64,000 nt of DNA. Source: an uncultured Methanosarcinales archaeon (GTDB taxonomy: Archaea > Halobacteriota > Methanosarcinia > Methanotrichales > Methanotrichaceae). The notes beneath the pieces were generated by a model. That model worked only from the letters and a program-made list of their open reading frames with translations, searched no databases and was not told the DNA's origin. Position 1 is the first letter of the stretch. Each line of letters opens with the position of its first letter. Positions 45,095-56,050 of this stretch are shown here, piece after piece. The stretch is from the NCBI GenBank assembly GCA_963843555.1, contig CAWJKV010000007.1:32001-96000 (forward strand), in the 5' to 3' direction. A program made the translations under genes and the position numbers.

Positions 45095-46144
45095 TTGGAC
45101 ATAATAGAAACCATCACTCAATTCGCCGCAGAGCAGCCGGCGATATTCGCCCTGATCGTCGGCATTGTCGGTGCTGTGGTAATCGCTGCTGTGGTCAACA
45201 TTGGAGCCATGCTAATTATCTGGGGCGAGAGAAAGGTGCTGAGTGATTTCTGCAACAGATATGGCCCCAATCGTGTGGGCGGAAGGTGGGGCATACTGCA
45301 GCTTGGTGCCGATGCCATTAAGCTCTTCACTAAAGAGGATATTATCCCCGGTGATGCTGATAAGGCGGTCTATGTCTGGGCACCGATAGTGGCCTCCATG
45401 GCCACCATGCTCGTGGCAGTAGCCATTCCCTTTGGGGCACTTCATATAGACGGCAAAGACTATCCGCTGGTAGTGGCCAACATGGATATCAGCGCCTTTT
45501 ACGTAGAGGCAGTCATGAGCCTGATGGCCATAGCAGTTTTCATGGCAGGCTACAGCTCTAACAATAAGTACTCAATGCTGGGTGCCTTCCGAGGCGTTGC
45601 CAGAATGATTGCTTATGAGGTTCCCATGGGTGTCTGCGTCATATCCGTGGCGGTCATGGCTCACAGTCTTAATCTGGTTGAGATTGTGGAGAGCCAGACA
45701 ATCTGGTATGCCTTTGCTCAGCCTCTGGGATTTGTCATCTTTGTCATTGCCCTGATTACTGATTTGGGAAGAATCCCGTTCGATCAGAGTGAAGCTGAAG
45801 AAGAGATCATATCCGGTTACAATACTGAGTACAGCGGAATCCGCTGGGGTTTGCTCTACTTCCAGGAATATAATAACGCGTTCTTGGGATCCATACTGCT
45901 GGCACTCTTATTCCTGGGCGGCTGGCATGGACCGATCATACCCATACCGATCCTGGATATAATCTCTCCATTGATCTGGCTTTTCATGAAGGTGGTAATT
46001 GTACTGTGGTTCTTCATCTGGGTCAGAAGCTCGCTCTTCCGCCTGCGCATCGATCAGGTAACTGACATCGGGTGGAAATGGATGCTGCCGCTTTCCTTGT
46101 TGAATCTGGGATGGGCAGTATTAATTGGATCATACTTTGCATGA
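45095..46144 (+). CDS. fpoH: Fpo complex subunit H
   Basis: ERKV..R.GPNRVG, DAIKLFTKED, RIPFD..EAEEE..GY.TEYSG motifs. Confidence 0.95.
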   Translation: MDIIETITQFAAEQPAIFALIVGIVGAVVIAAVVNIGAMLIIWGERKVLSDFCNRYGPNRVGGRWGILQLGADAIKLFTKEDIIPGDADKAVYVWAPIVASMATMLVAVAIPFGALHIDGKDYPLVVANMDISAFYVEAVMSLMAIAVFMAGYSSNNKYSMLGAFRGVARMIAYEVPMGVCVISVAVMAHSLNLVEIVESQTIWYAFAQPLGFVIFVIALITDLGRIPFDQSEAEEEIISGYNTEYSGIRWGLLYFQEYNNAFLGSILLALLFLGGWHGPIIPIPILDIISPLIWLFMKVVIVLWFFIWVRSSLFRLRIDQVTDIGWKWMLPLSLLNLGWAVLIGSYFA

Positions 46145-46156
46145 GGTGGCATTGAG

Positions 46157-46750
46157 ATGTTGAAGAGAAAGATGATAAAGAACTTCAGCTGGCCTCTGAA
46201 GACCGCCACGCGGGAGGTTGAAATTACAAGGCTCTATCCCGAAGTTATGATGGAGTTGCCTGCAGCGGAAAGAGGCATTCACGAGCTGGATGCCACCACA
46301 TGCATCGGGTGTGCATCCTGTGCCAGGGTTTGCCCTAACAGCTGCGTTGAGATGGTTCAATTCAAGTTTGGAAATCCTCTCAAGAACAAGAAGATGCAAT
46401 TTCCAGAGATAGATTATGGAAGATGCATGTTCTGCGGCCTGTGCGTGGACGAGTGCCCTGTGGAATGCCTCAAGATGGGCAAGAAGGTCACCATGGCTGG
46501 TTGGGATAGAAAAGACATCATAAAGAGTCCGGATTTCCTGGCCACAAAGAGATTCTCAGATAAAGAGGTTGCAGATCTGGAAGCTGAGGCCAAGAGGATT
46601 GCAGCCGAGAAAGCAGCCGCCAAGAAAGCTGCCGCAAAAGAAGGGCCTGCAAAAGAGGGGGCCGCCAAGAAGCCCGCCAAAGAAGGAGCTGCCGCCGTAG
46701 AGAAGAAGGCGGAGGCAAAAGCCAAGCCTGAAAAAGGAGGTGCGTCCTGA
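46157..46750 (+). CDS. fpoI: Fpo complex subunit I with Lys/Ala-rich C-terminal extension
   Basis: Two CxxCxxCxxxCP clusters; AAKKAAAKE tail. Confidence 0.95.
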   Translation: MLKRKMIKNFSWPLKTATREVEITRLYPEVMMELPAAERGIHELDATTCIGCASCARVCPNSCVEMVQFKFGNPLKNKKMQFPEIDYGRCMFCGLCVDECPVECLKMGKKVTMAGWDRKDIIKSPDFLATKRFSDKEVADLEAEAKRIAAEKAAAKKAAAKEGPAKEGAAKKPAKEGAAAVEKKAEAKAKPEKGGAS

Positions 46751-47181
46751 TGGCAGAAAAGTCTGGCTTAAGTACTATGCGGTCCGTCTTCGAGCTACTG
46801 GTTCTTCTCCTCGCGCTGCTAATTATCTTCGGCGGCCTGGCGTTGATGGTTATCCTATCACCCTGGTCCAAGGAGGTTCTTGACAAACTACTGGCTTACG
46901 ACATTCCGTTTGCAATAGAGCTCCTGTTCTTCCTGGCCTTGGCTGCAATCATAGTGATTCTATCGGCTCTCACGGTCCAGGCTAAGAATATAGTGCACAG
47001 TGCTCTTTACTTGCTCGGAACCTTTGCCGGAGTTGCTGCGCTTTACGTATCCCTGAACGCCCCATTCGTGGGTGTAGCTCAGATTCTGGTGTACATCGGA
47101 GCTGTGGGAGTTCTGATACTCTTTGCCGTGATGCTTACCAGGAAGACTATTGTGGAGGAGGAATCCCATGGTGAAATTTAA
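46750..47181 (+). CDS. fpoJ1: Fpo subunit J, N-terminal half
   Basis: NIVHSALYL, QILVYIGAVGVLILFAVML motifs. Confidence 0.9.
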   Translation: MAEKSGLSTMRSVFELLVLLLALLIIFGGLALMVILSPWSKEVLDKLLAYDIPFAIELLFFLALAAIIVILSALTVQAKNIVHSALYLLGTFAGVAALYVSLNAPFVGVAQILVYIGAVGVLILFAVMLTRKTIVEEESHGEI

Positions 47182-47431
47182 GATCATCATTTTGACCCTG
47201 GCCTTTCTGGCAGTCCTCATGGCGTCGCTTTCCCTCACCGATTGGGGTACAAGCGAAAAACAGCCTCTCAGTTTTGAGCCCAGGGAAGGGTTAAGGCTGC
47301 CGGAAAGCGGCATTGGAGACGTTGGATTCGAGATCTTCACAACCTACGTCTTCGCCTTTGAGATTCTGGCCCTGGTCTTAACGGCTGCCTTGGTGGGAGC
47401 GGTTTGGGTTGCACGAAGGGAGGTTGCCTGA
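47168..47431 (+). CDS. fpoJ2: Fpo subunit J, C-terminal half
   Basis: [26 protein letters not shown]; has its own ATG. Confidence 0.85.
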   Translation: MVKFKIIILTLAFLAVLMASLSLTDWGTSEKQPLSFEPREGLRLPESGIGDVGFEIFTTYVFAFEILALVLTAALVGAVWVARREVA

Positions 47432-47469
47432 GGAGGGCGACAACAGATGACAAGGAGGGAGATTTACCG

Positions 47470-47772
47470 ATGATACCGTTGGAGCTTTACATATTGCTGG
47501 CTTCCATCATGTTCACCATCGGCTTGTACGGCCTCGTTACTCAAAAGAACGGAGTCAAGCTGATGATGTGCATCGAGCTATTGCTCAATAGCGCCAACAT
47601 CAATCTTGTTGCCTTCTCAGCTTTCCAGCCTAATGTGAATGGCCAGGTGTTTGCCCTGTTTTCCATTGCGCTGGCTGCGGCTGAAGCAGGCGTTGGGTTT
47701 GCAATTATGATCGCGCTATACAGGCTATATGGAACCATTGACCTGGACAACATCAAAGCCATGAGGTGGTAG
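47470..47772 (+). CDS. fpoK: Fpo complex subunit K
   Basis: [20 protein letters not shown] motifs. Confidence 0.95.
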   Translation: MIPLELYILLASIMFTIGLYGLVTQKNGVKLMMCIELLLNSANINLVAFSAFQPNVNGQVFALFSIALAAAEAGVGFAIMIALYRLYGTIDLDNIKAMRW

Positions 47773-47775
47773 GGA

Positions 47776-49813
47776 GTGTATTCTGATTATGCATACCTGA
47801 TAGTAGCACTTCCTGTACTGGCCTTCTTGCTTTGTCTCTTCGTGGGCAGCCGACTGCCCAGAGGAGGAGGCTTCCTAACCGTTCTGGGGACCTTTGCAGG
47901 TCTTATACTATCTCTGGGGATATTCTCAGAGATATATCCGGATGGGATAATTCATCAGTCAATGCCATGGTTTGCCGATTTCAATGTGGGCATACTGATA
48001 GATCCTCTGGCGCTGGTGATGCTTCTCATGGTAACCTTCGTGGTTACACTGATTCACACCTATGCTAACGGATACATGAAAGGCGATCCGGGCGCATCCA
48101 GATACTTCGCCGAAGCGGCACTGTTTACCGCTTCCATGCTGGGTCTGATCTATGCCGATAACCTGCTTCAGCTCTTTATATTCTGGGAACTGGTGGGACT
48201 CTGTTCATATCTCTTGATCGGCTTTTGGTACCGGAAGCCTTCTGCGGCTGCCGCTGCCAAGAAAGCATTCCTGACAACGCGCGTGGGCGACGTCATGTTC
48301 CTGGCAGCCATAATTCTACTTTACAATAACCTGGCCAGCCTGAACATCGCTCTCAGGCCCGGAGAATACCTCTTGCAGTTCCCGGTGATCTACGCTAATA
48401 TCGCGCAGATCGCTCCGGAGCAGCTGACGCTTATCGCCTTGGGACTGTTGGGCGGCGCAATAGGCAAGTCTGGTCAGTTTCCTCTGCATGTTTGGCTTCC
48501 TGATGCCATGGAGGGTCCAACTACCGTTTCCGCCATGATCCATGCGGCGACGATGGTTACTGCCGGCGTCTACCTGGTAGCCAGAATGTTCCCGCTCTTC
48601 TACGCCGCGCCCTATGGTCTGACGGCAGTGGCAGCAGTTGGTACATTCACAGCTCTATTTGCAGCCACCATGGGCCTGACTGCATTCGATATCAAGAGGG
48701 TTCTGGCTTTCTCGACTGTATCGCAGCTCGGCTTCATGATGGCTGGCCTCGGAGTGGGAGCGGCAGTAGGAACCCTTGCTGTAGGTGTTTCTATCTTCCA
48801 CCTCATCGGCCATTCCTTCTTCAAAGCTCTGCTCTTTCTTTGCGCCGGGTCTGTCATTCACGCCGTCAATACCAACGATATGCGGGAAATGGGAGGCGTA
48901 GGAAAGTACATGAAATGGACCATGTACACCATGCTCATAGGCTCCCTGTCTCTGGCCGGATTCCCCTTATTCACCGGATTCTTCTCCAAGGACGAGATCA
49001 TAGTAATTTCTTATGAGTACGGAGTGGCTATCAACTTCTTGCCCTACATATTCCTGGTACTGGCAGCTGTTCTTACGGCCATCTACACCTTCAGAATGTG
49101 GTTCTCTGTCTTCACCGGCAAGGCAAGATCCGACTACGGCAAACACGAATCACCCTGGGTTATGATCGGGCCGCTGATGATCTTGGCTATATTTGCCTTA
49201 GGATTCGGCTATGTGGCTCAAGATGACTTCTACGAATATCTTGACACCAATTTCGATTATTATGATGTCAACTTTGTAGAACTCGGCATAATAGGAGGCC
49301 ATGAGCTTGCAGCTCCTGTAGCTGAGGGCGTGGCAGAAGCCACTGCTGCTGAAGGAGGGCAGGCGGCTGGCGGCGAAGGAGAAGCTGGCGGAGAAGAAGG
49401 ACCGGGAGAGCCCTGGTACATTCAGATATTGCCCATCATAGTAGCTTTGGGCGGCATTCTCACAGCCTCTCTATTCTACTTGGGATAGAGTCAAGAAATT
49501 CGATCCCAGCCAGGTCACAGGCGACAAGGATCCCATTCGTAAGATGCTGCTGAAAGGATACTACCAGCATGAAATCATGACAGGCTGGATCTCTGAAGGT
49601 ATAGTCTACGGGACGGCGTTGATCTTTAACGTGATCGACATCAAACTCGTGGACGGATGGCTGAACTGGCTGAGCGCCTGGGTGATGGGTTTCGCACAGC
49701 ATGTAAGAAAGGTTCAGACCGGCGTGATCCAAAACTATGTTGCAGCCTTAGTTCTGGGGGTAGTTGTGCTGGTGGTTGTAATTGTTCTGGCTATGGGGGT
49801 GGGCCTGATATGA
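47776..49813 (+). CDS. fpoL: Fpo complex subunit L, +1 frameshift in GGG at 49482-49484
   Basis: FWELVGLCSYLLIGFW, KSGQFPLHVWLPDAMEGPT; the tail DRVKKFDP...QTGVIQNY continues in the next frame. Confidence 0.93.
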
Positions 49814-51318
49814 TCTCGAACGCGATAACGTGGATGATCGTCATTCCTCTCTTGGGTGCGATGGTCTCATTCTTTGCGGGATCCAAGGCCAAATTCGTGG
49901 CCTTAATCGCCTCGTTGATAACCCTAGTCCTATCTCTGCAAATGTATATGCAGTTCGATAAAACTTCAACGATGATGCAGTTCGTAGAGAACTACAACTG
50001 GATTCCCTCTCTTGGTGTCAAATACACCGTGGGCGTTGACGGGATTGGTTTTCCCTTAGTTCTGCTCTCTACGATAGTCTCCGTATTGGTAATAATATAC
50101 TCCTGGGGAGAGACAAAGAAGCCCAACCAGTACTTTGCCCTGCTTCTCTTAAACGAAGTGGGTGTGCTGGGTGTATTCACATCCCTGGACTTCTTCCTGT
50201 TCTACATCTACTGGGAGATAGTGCTCATACCCATGTTCTTCCTCATCGGATCATGGGGCGGACCGAGAAAAGACTACGCGGCAATCAAGTTCTTCATCTA
50301 CACCCACGTGGCAAGCCTGGTGATGCTGCTGGCAATCTTCGCCATGTACTTCACCTACCAGCTGCCGGATGGATCAAGAACCTTTGACATGCTGATTTTG
50401 CTGAATGCAACAGCAGACAAGGCCATCTTCCCAACCAGCCTGCTGAATATCATCTTCGCAGGGTTCCTGCTGGGATTCCTGGTTAAGATGCCTGCCTTCC
50501 CCTTCCATACCTGGCTGCCGGATGCTCACGTCGAGGCTCCCACAGCTGGTTCGGTGGTGCTGGCGGCTCTGCTGCTCAAGATGGGAGGATACGGCCTCTT
50601 CAGGATCATACTGCCCATGCTGCCAAATGTTGACAAGGCCTTCGTGACCATCATCGCCATCATTGCGGTGCTTTCCATCGTCTACGGAGCTTTCATGGCG
50701 CTGGCTCAGAAGGATATCAAGAAGCTGGTGGCATACTCATCCGTCAGCCACATGGGATTTGTGACTCTCGGTGCTGTGGCCTTCACAACATTGTCCATAC
50801 AGGGTGCCATGTTCCAGCAGTTCTCCCACGGCATCATCACCTGCGTCCTCTTCATGTCTGCCGGTACCATCCAGCATGTGGTAGGGACCAGGATTATAGC
50901 CGATCTGGGAGGTCTCGCTGATCGCATGCCCAAATTTGCCGTCCTCATGATGGCCGGATTCATGGCCTCTCTGGGACTGCCGGGCATGAGCGGCTTCGTA
51001 GCCGAGTTCATGGTCCTGACCGGCTCCTACGCAACTCTCCCGACCTACACCATGATCGTGGTGTTCTTGAGCATAGTAATCACGGCCGCCTATCATCTCT
51101 GGGCCATGCAGAAGGCTATGTTCGGACCGATTCTGAAGAAGTATATGAACGTTCATGACCCGCATGCCTATGAGCTCTTCGCCATGAGCATGATCATAGT
51201 GTTGACTCTGCTCTTCGGCCTTCAGCCCGGGCTGATGACCGACATGATGGGGACAGCGGCAAACCAGCTGGCCCTTATGGAGCCGGTCATGACTTTATCC
51301 CAAATGGGGGTGATCTGA
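49810..51318 (+). CDS. fpoM: Fpo complex subunit M
   Basis: FYIYWE, PFHTWLPDAHVEAPTAGS, LLKMGGYG, AYSSVSHMG motifs. Confidence 0.95.
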   Translation: MISNAITWMIVIPLLGAMVSFFAGSKAKFVALIASLITLVLSLQMYMQFDKTSTMMQFVENYNWIPSLGVKYTVGVDGIGFPLVLLSTIVSVLVIIYSWGETKKPNQYFALLLLNEVGVLGVFTSLDFFLFYIYWEIVLIPMFFLIGSWGGPRKDYAAIKFFIYTHVASLVMLLAIFAMYFTYQLPDGSRTFDMLILLNATADKAIFPTSLLNIIFAGFLLGFLVKMPAFPFHTWLPDAHVEAPTAGSVVLAALLLKMGGYGLFRIILPMLPNVDKAFVTIIAIIAVLSIVYGAFMALAQKDIKKLVAYSSVSHMGFVTLGAVAFTTLSIQGAMFQQFSHGIITCVLFMSAGTIQHVVGTRIIADLGGLADRMPKFAVLMMAGFMASLGLPGMSGFVAEFMVLTGSYATLPTYTMIVVFLSIVITAAYHLWAMQKAMFGPILKKYMNVHDPHAYELFAMSMIIVLTLLFGLQPGLMTDMMGTAANQLALMEPVMTLSQMGVI

Positions 51319-51319
51319 A

Positions 51320-52828
51320 GTGGACTTTTCACACTACGCACCCCTCTGGGGAGAGGCGTTGCTAACGTTCCTGGCGGTACTGATTGTGCTGCTGGGATCC
51401 CTGATGAAGAATAGCGGCAAGCTCATGGGCTACTTGAGTCTAGCAGGGCTTGTAGCTGCCCTGGGCCTGGTAAGCAGCAATCTCATGATTGCCACGCCGG
51501 CCTTATTCTTCTTTGATACCATATCGGTGGATGCCCTGTCTCAGTTCTTCAAGGTCGTCTTCCTTGTGGTATCACTGCTGGTAGTGATAGCATCTCTATC
51601 CAAGTACACAGGAAAGGGAGCAGATGAGTATTATGCCCTGCTGCTCCTTGCCACAGTGGGCATGATGGTGGTTGCCAGCTCTATCGACCTGATTACCCTG
51701 TTCGTGGCATTTGAGCTGGCCAGCCTGTCCACATATGCCCTGGCAGCGTTTGACAGGAGCCGCAAGAACCTCGAGGCCGCCATGAAGTATTTCATCTTCG
51801 GGTCTGCCGCGTCTGCGTTCATGCTCTTCGGTTTCTCGCTGTTCTATGGAATGGCGGGATCTACCAAGCTCAGTGTCATCGCAACAGCTTCGCTGGCCGA
51901 TTTTGGGCCGGCTACACTGATCGCGCTGCTCTTCGTGATCGCAGGATTCGCTTTCAAGATGGCACTGGTGCCTTTCCACATGTGGGCTCCCGATACATAT
52001 GAGGGTGCACCTCCTCTTGTCTCGGCATTGCTTGCCGCCGGTTCCAAGAAGATGGGCTTTGTCGCAGCCTTCCGTGTTCTGCTCGTGGCACTCATAGCCC
52101 TGCGGATGGAGTGGTATCTGGCCTTCGCAATACTTGCAGCCGTAACCATGACGCTGGGAAATTTAGCTGCCTGCTGGCAAAATAACGTGCGCCGCATCCT
52201 GGCTTACTCCTCTATCGCTCAGGCGGGCTACATCGCCATCGGCTTTGTGGTAGTAGGAGCAGCATATGGAGTGGCACCGACAACTTCCTTCAACGGCATC
52301 CCAATTCCGCCGGCTCAACTCGGCCTTGCAGGGGCGTTCCTCCTCATTCTGGCACACGCTCTGATGAAGACGGGAGCCTTCATCGGCACCGCTCAGGTAA
52401 CGTCGATGGTTTCAAAGACCGATGCAAGCGATGCAAGCGATCCGGACGATATATCCAACTATGCTGGTCTGGTGCACAGAGCGCCCATCACTGCGATATG
52501 CATGTTGATCTTCATGTTTGCTCTGGCAGGCATCCCACCCACGGCAGGATACATAGGAAAGTTCGTGCTCTTCAGCTCGGCCATTTACTCCGGCCTGGTC
52601 TGGCTGGCAGTACTTGCCATCCTCAACAGTGCTCTGTCGCTGGTCTACTACCTGAGGATCATAAGTTATATGTTCCTGAAGAACCCAGCCGGCCCGAAGG
52701 TGGCAGAGTCTAAAGGGTATCTCGTGGCGTTGGTTTTGACGACGATTGCGGTCCTTTGGATAGGCATTTTTCCGGAAGCATTCATAAACTGGGCACTGCA
52801 GGCAGCAACGGTTCTGCTGCCTCAGTAA
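51320..52828 (+). CDS. fpoN: Fpo complex subunit N
   Basis: EAAMKYF, PFHMWAPDTYEGAP, LAYSSIAQAGY, LAGIPP motifs. Confidence 0.95.
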   Translation: MDFSHYAPLWGEALLTFLAVLIVLLGSLMKNSGKLMGYLSLAGLVAALGLVSSNLMIATPALFFFDTISVDALSQFFKVVFLVVSLLVVIASLSKYTGKGADEYYALLLLATVGMMVVASSIDLITLFVAFELASLSTYALAAFDRSRKNLEAAMKYFIFGSAASAFMLFGFSLFYGMAGSTKLSVIATASLADFGPATLIALLFVIAGFAFKMALVPFHMWAPDTYEGAPPLVSALLAAGSKKMGFVAAFRVLLVALIALRMEWYLAFAILAAVTMTLGNLAACWQNNVRRILAYSSIAQAGYIAIGFVVVGAAYGVAPTTSFNGIPIPPAQLGLAGAFLLILAHALMKTGAFIGTAQVTSMVSKTDASDASDPDDISNYAGLVHRAPITAICMLIFMFALAGIPPTAGYIGKFVLFSSAIYSGLVWLAVLAILNSALSLVYYLRIISYMFLKNPAGPKVAESKGYLVALVLTTIAVLWIGIFPEAFINWALQAATVLLPQ

Positions 52829-52830
52829 CC

Positions 52831-52852
52831 CTTTTTTAACCGCTTTTTTTTT
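52831..52852 (+). terminator. Oligo-T archaeal terminator of the fpo operon
   Basis: T7-AACCGC-T9 directly after the fpoN stop. Confidence 0.7.
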
Positions 52853-53128
52853 GTCTTATCTCAAATACTATGAATTGTTAGCCTGCATACGTTTGAAAAA
52901 GGATTTCATCCCTCGATTGAATCACTTCCGGAAGGTCCGATTGAACTCATATCCTGAATTGCATCTATCAAGGATATTTGGAGACTTATGGAGAAAAGTT
53001 CTGAGGAATCTTCGCCGACCACATAAACGAATTGGCATCTCGTGAGGAGATTTAACGAAGCTCTCTCAGCGGCTGCTCTCCAGTCGAGCCTGGATAATGG
53101 AAATTATATAAAACTGAAGAAAACGAGT

Positions 53129-53926
53129 CTAAATGATCCCTTTTGCTATCAAGGCAGAACGCATCTCAGTGACTTCCGATTCCAGTTTTTCGAACCTTTG
53201 TTCAAGATATCCCTTTAGGTCTTTTCTGGATTCTCGGACTTCTTCCAACAGGTTTTCTTCCGCATTCAGTTTCTCTTTTTGGAGATCGATTATTACATCC
53301 ATCTTGCCGCCGAGACCTTCCTGGCCTTTGATCATTATATCCATCTTGCTGCCGAGACCTTCCTGGCCTTTGATCATTGTATCCATCTTGCTGCCGAGAC
53401 CTTCCTGGCCTTTGATCATTGTATCCATCTTGCTGCCGAGACCTTCCTGGCCTTTGATCATTGTATCCATCTTGCCGCCGAGACCTTCCTGGCCTTTGAT
53501 CATTGTATCCATCTTGCTGCCGAGACTTTCCTGGCCTTTGATCATTGTATCCATCTTGCCGCCTAAATTGTCGTTCAATCTATCTACCGCAGCAATCAGA
53601 TCCTTTAGACGAAACGCAGCCGCGTCCAGCCGGGAATCTGTCTCACCTTTTTCTACGAGCTTGTAGAACTTACCGAATTCATTTTTTGGCTCGGCATATT
53701 CTTTTTCCACAGCGGAGACTTTGATTAAGGTATTTTTGATAACAATTGCCTCTTCAAACCACTTTAACTTATCTTCGTCGCCTTCCGCTATTATCTTTGC
53801 CCGGCCATCCTCCAGATTCTCGACGGTTCCCCTTAGTCCCAACATTTTGGCAAAGTCCATGACTCTGGCACGATATCCCACCTTCTGGACCGTTCCCGAG
53901 ACATAGATTGTAAGCCTTTTCTTCAT
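53129..53926 (-). CDS. Acylphosphatase with C-terminal 14-aa coiled-coil repeats
   Basis: VSG.VQKVGYR, G.VENL.DG motifs; about 6 copies of GSKMDTMIKGQEGL. Confidence 0.88.
   Translation of the reverse strand: MKKRLTIYVSGTVQKVGYRARVMDFAKMLGLRGTVENLEDGRAKIIAEGDEDKLKWFEEAIVIKNTLIKVSAVEKEYAEPKNEFGKFYKLVEKGETDSRLDAAAFRLKDLIAAVDRLNDNLGGKMDTMIKGQESLGSKMDTMIKGQEGLGGKMDTMIKGQEGLGSKMDTMIKGQEGLGSKMDTMIKGQEGLGSKMDIMIKGQEGLGGKMDVIIDLQKEKLNAEENLLEEVRESRKDLKGYLEQRFEKLESEVTEMRSALIAKGII
53298..53563 (-). repeat. 42-bp coding tandem repeat, 6 units plus a partial
   Basis: TCCATCTTGCTGCCGAGACCTTCCTGGCCTTTGATCATTGTA units. Confidence 0.95.
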
Positions 53927-54145
53927 CTTCTACAAGTCTTATCTCTTCGTATATGGCTTTATCGCTCTCTTGATGGCGTTCTGGAGTCTGAAAATCCATG
54001 TCTGAACCTGTGTCTGATTGGCAGTCCGCACCGAAAATCAAGTTTCCCCTTTTCCCTATAATCATCCTCGCACCTCGTTTCTGGCTCGTCTCCAGTCTCA
54101 TGTGCCAGCCTATATTTTTATTCTCTCGCATTTCCCCAAACTCTC

Positions 54146-56050
54146 TTATCTGTCCCTCACACTCCGAAACCGCATTCGCATCTCGCATACCCCTTCCTCG
54201 CTCCTCTTCTCTGTATCGAATCCCATCTTCTCTAAGAGATTTACCATGGATTTATTCTCCACCAGCACATCTCCTGTAAATCCGAGAAGGCCCTGCCTCC
54301 TGGCCAGGTAGGTCAGATAACTGAGCAGCTCTTTTCCCACACCCTGCCCCTGGAATTTATCCCTCACCACCAGAGCAACTTCTGCCGAGTACATATCAGA
54401 GTTCAGCTCATACTGCCCGAGGCCTATTATGGTCTCCTTTTCCATCTCCTTCTCCTCAATTACTGCCAGAATCTCCATCTTCTTGCTGTAGTCTACAGCC
54501 ACGAAATCCTGCAGCCTTTTGTGGGGCATGTCTTTGCGGGCGGAGAAGAAACGCATATACATGCTGCCCTCAGAGAGGTCGTAGAAGAAGTCCTTCAACA
54601 TAGGCTCGTCAGTGATCTTCACCGGCCGCAATAGTACGTTGAGCCCTTTACTGGTAGTTCTGTAGATCTCCAGCTCCTCGGGATAGATGCCCTTCTCTCC
54701 AGGGATGAAAACCTGATCCTTGTAGATGAGCATCCTCTTGCGAGCGGCTTCGATCAACCAGGGCCGGAATTTGGGATGGGCGATAGCAATGAGATCCATG
54801 GCCCTCTCACGAATGTTCTTGCCATGCAGATAGGCAATCCCGTATTCGGTCACTACGTAATGAACATCACCCCGCGTCAAAGTGACTCCTGCTCCCTCCT
54901 GCAGGACGGGAACAATCCGGGAGACGCTGTCATTTAGAGCCGTGGATGGCAGGGCCAGGATGGTCTTTCCACCCGGGCTGAGAACGGCTCCTCGCATGAA
55001 ATCCGCCTGTCCGCCTGTACCGCTATAGAAAGTCCCGCCCAGCGACTCTGCCGTAGCCTGGCCCGTCAGATCCACCTCCATGGCGCTGTTGATGGCGGTC
55101 ATAAGCCTGTTTCTGGATATCGAGAGCGGGTTATTGGTATAATCGATCCTCTTGAATTCAACTGCCGGATTCTCGTCCAGGAATTCGTAGGTCTCGCGGC
55201 TACCCATGCAAAAAGAGGCGATAGTCTTGCCGGGATTATTGGTCTTCTTCTGGTTTGTGACGACTCCTTTTTTCATAAGTTCGATGATTCCGTCGCTGAG
55301 GAGCTCGGTATGGACACCAAGATCCTTTTTATCCACAAGACTATGAACAACAGCATCCGGGATCAGCCCATAGCCCACCTGGATTGTTGAGCCGTCTTCG
55401 ATGATGTGGGCAACATACTTTCCAATCCTCTGCACAATGTCGTTGGGGGCTTTGACGGAATACTCCAGCAGCGGCTCGTCGTAGGGAAGGATAAAATCGA
55501 TGTCTCTTATGTTTATGAATCCATCACCGTGAGTGCGGGGCATATTCATGTTGACCTGAGCTATGACGAGTTTCGCCATCTCAGTAGCGGATTTTACCAC
55601 GTCCACGCTTATTCCCAGGCTCAAGTAACCGTGCTTGTCCGGCAGAGAGGTTTGGATCAGGGCCACGTCCACAGGAATCAATTCCGATCGAAAGAGATCG
55701 GGGACACTGGAGAGGAAGATGGGGGTGTAGTCTGCTTCGCCGCGGTTGACGGAATTTCGGGTGCTGTCTCCTACAAAGAAGGAGTCGAGCCTGAAGTTCT
55801 CCTGGAGCTTTTCATCGGTATAGGGTGCAACGCCCAGAGTCCAGACATGGATCAGCTCGGCGTCGAAGAACGCCTTGGGATCGTTTTTGACATAGTTGAC
55901 AAGCGCCTGCACAAGATACTGAGGCTCACCGCAACCGGTTCCTATGAATATCCGATCTCCAGCATGGATATGGCTGAATATGTTCTCCTCAGGCATGAAC
56001 TTCTCAGGATAGATCTTCCTGAACTCCACCAGGAGCGTTTTATCTTTCAT
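54146..56050 (-). CDS. Acetyl-CoA hydrolase/CoA-transferase fused to a GNAT domain
   Basis: GCGEP, TIQVG.G.IP, GVHTE, SG.GGQADF.RGA, VTEYG motifs; C-terminal QGQGVG..LL. Confidence 0.92.
   Translation of the reverse strand: MKDKTLLVEFRKIYPEKFMPEENIFSHIHAGDRIFIGTGCGEPQYLVQALVNYVKNDPKAFFDAELIHVWTLGVAPYTDEKLQENFRLDSFFVGDSTRNSVNRGEADYTPIFLSSVPDLFRSELIPVDVALIQTSLPDKHGYLSLGISVDVVKSATEMAKLVIAQVNMNMPRTHGDGFINIRDIDFILPYDEPLLEYSVKAPNDIVQRIGKYVAHIIEDGSTIQVGYGLIPDAVVHSLVDKKDLGVHTELLSDGIIELMKKGVVTNQKKTNNPGKTIASFCMGSRETYEFLDENPAVEFKRIDYTNNPLSISRNRLMTAINSAMEVDLTGQATAESLGGTFYSGTGGQADFMRGAVLSPGGKTILALPSTALNDSVSRIVPVLQEGAGVTLTRGDVHYVVTEYGIAYLHGKNIRERAMDLIAIAHPKFRPWLIEAARKRMLIYKDQVFIPGEKGIYPEELEIYRTTSKGLNVLLRPVKITDEPMLKDFFYDLSEGSMYMRFFSARKDMPHKRLQDFVAVDYSKKMEILAVIEEKEMEKETIIGLGQYELNSDMYSAEVALVVRDKFQGQGVGKELLSYLTYLARRQGLLGFTGDVLVENKSMVNLLEKMGFDTEKRSEEGVCEMRMRFRSVRDR

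Noticed and set aside
46750..47431. Split fpoJ as another frameshift error
   Set aside because: The second half has its own SD and ATG, and split J1/J2 is typical of methanogen fpo operons.
49486..49488. TAG in fpoL as pyrrolysine readthrough
   Set aside because: The continuation is in a different frame, and a single extra G explains it.
53298..53563. 42-bp repeats as a CRISPR array or iterons
   Set aside because: Contiguous in-frame coding repeat within the acylphosphatase gene.
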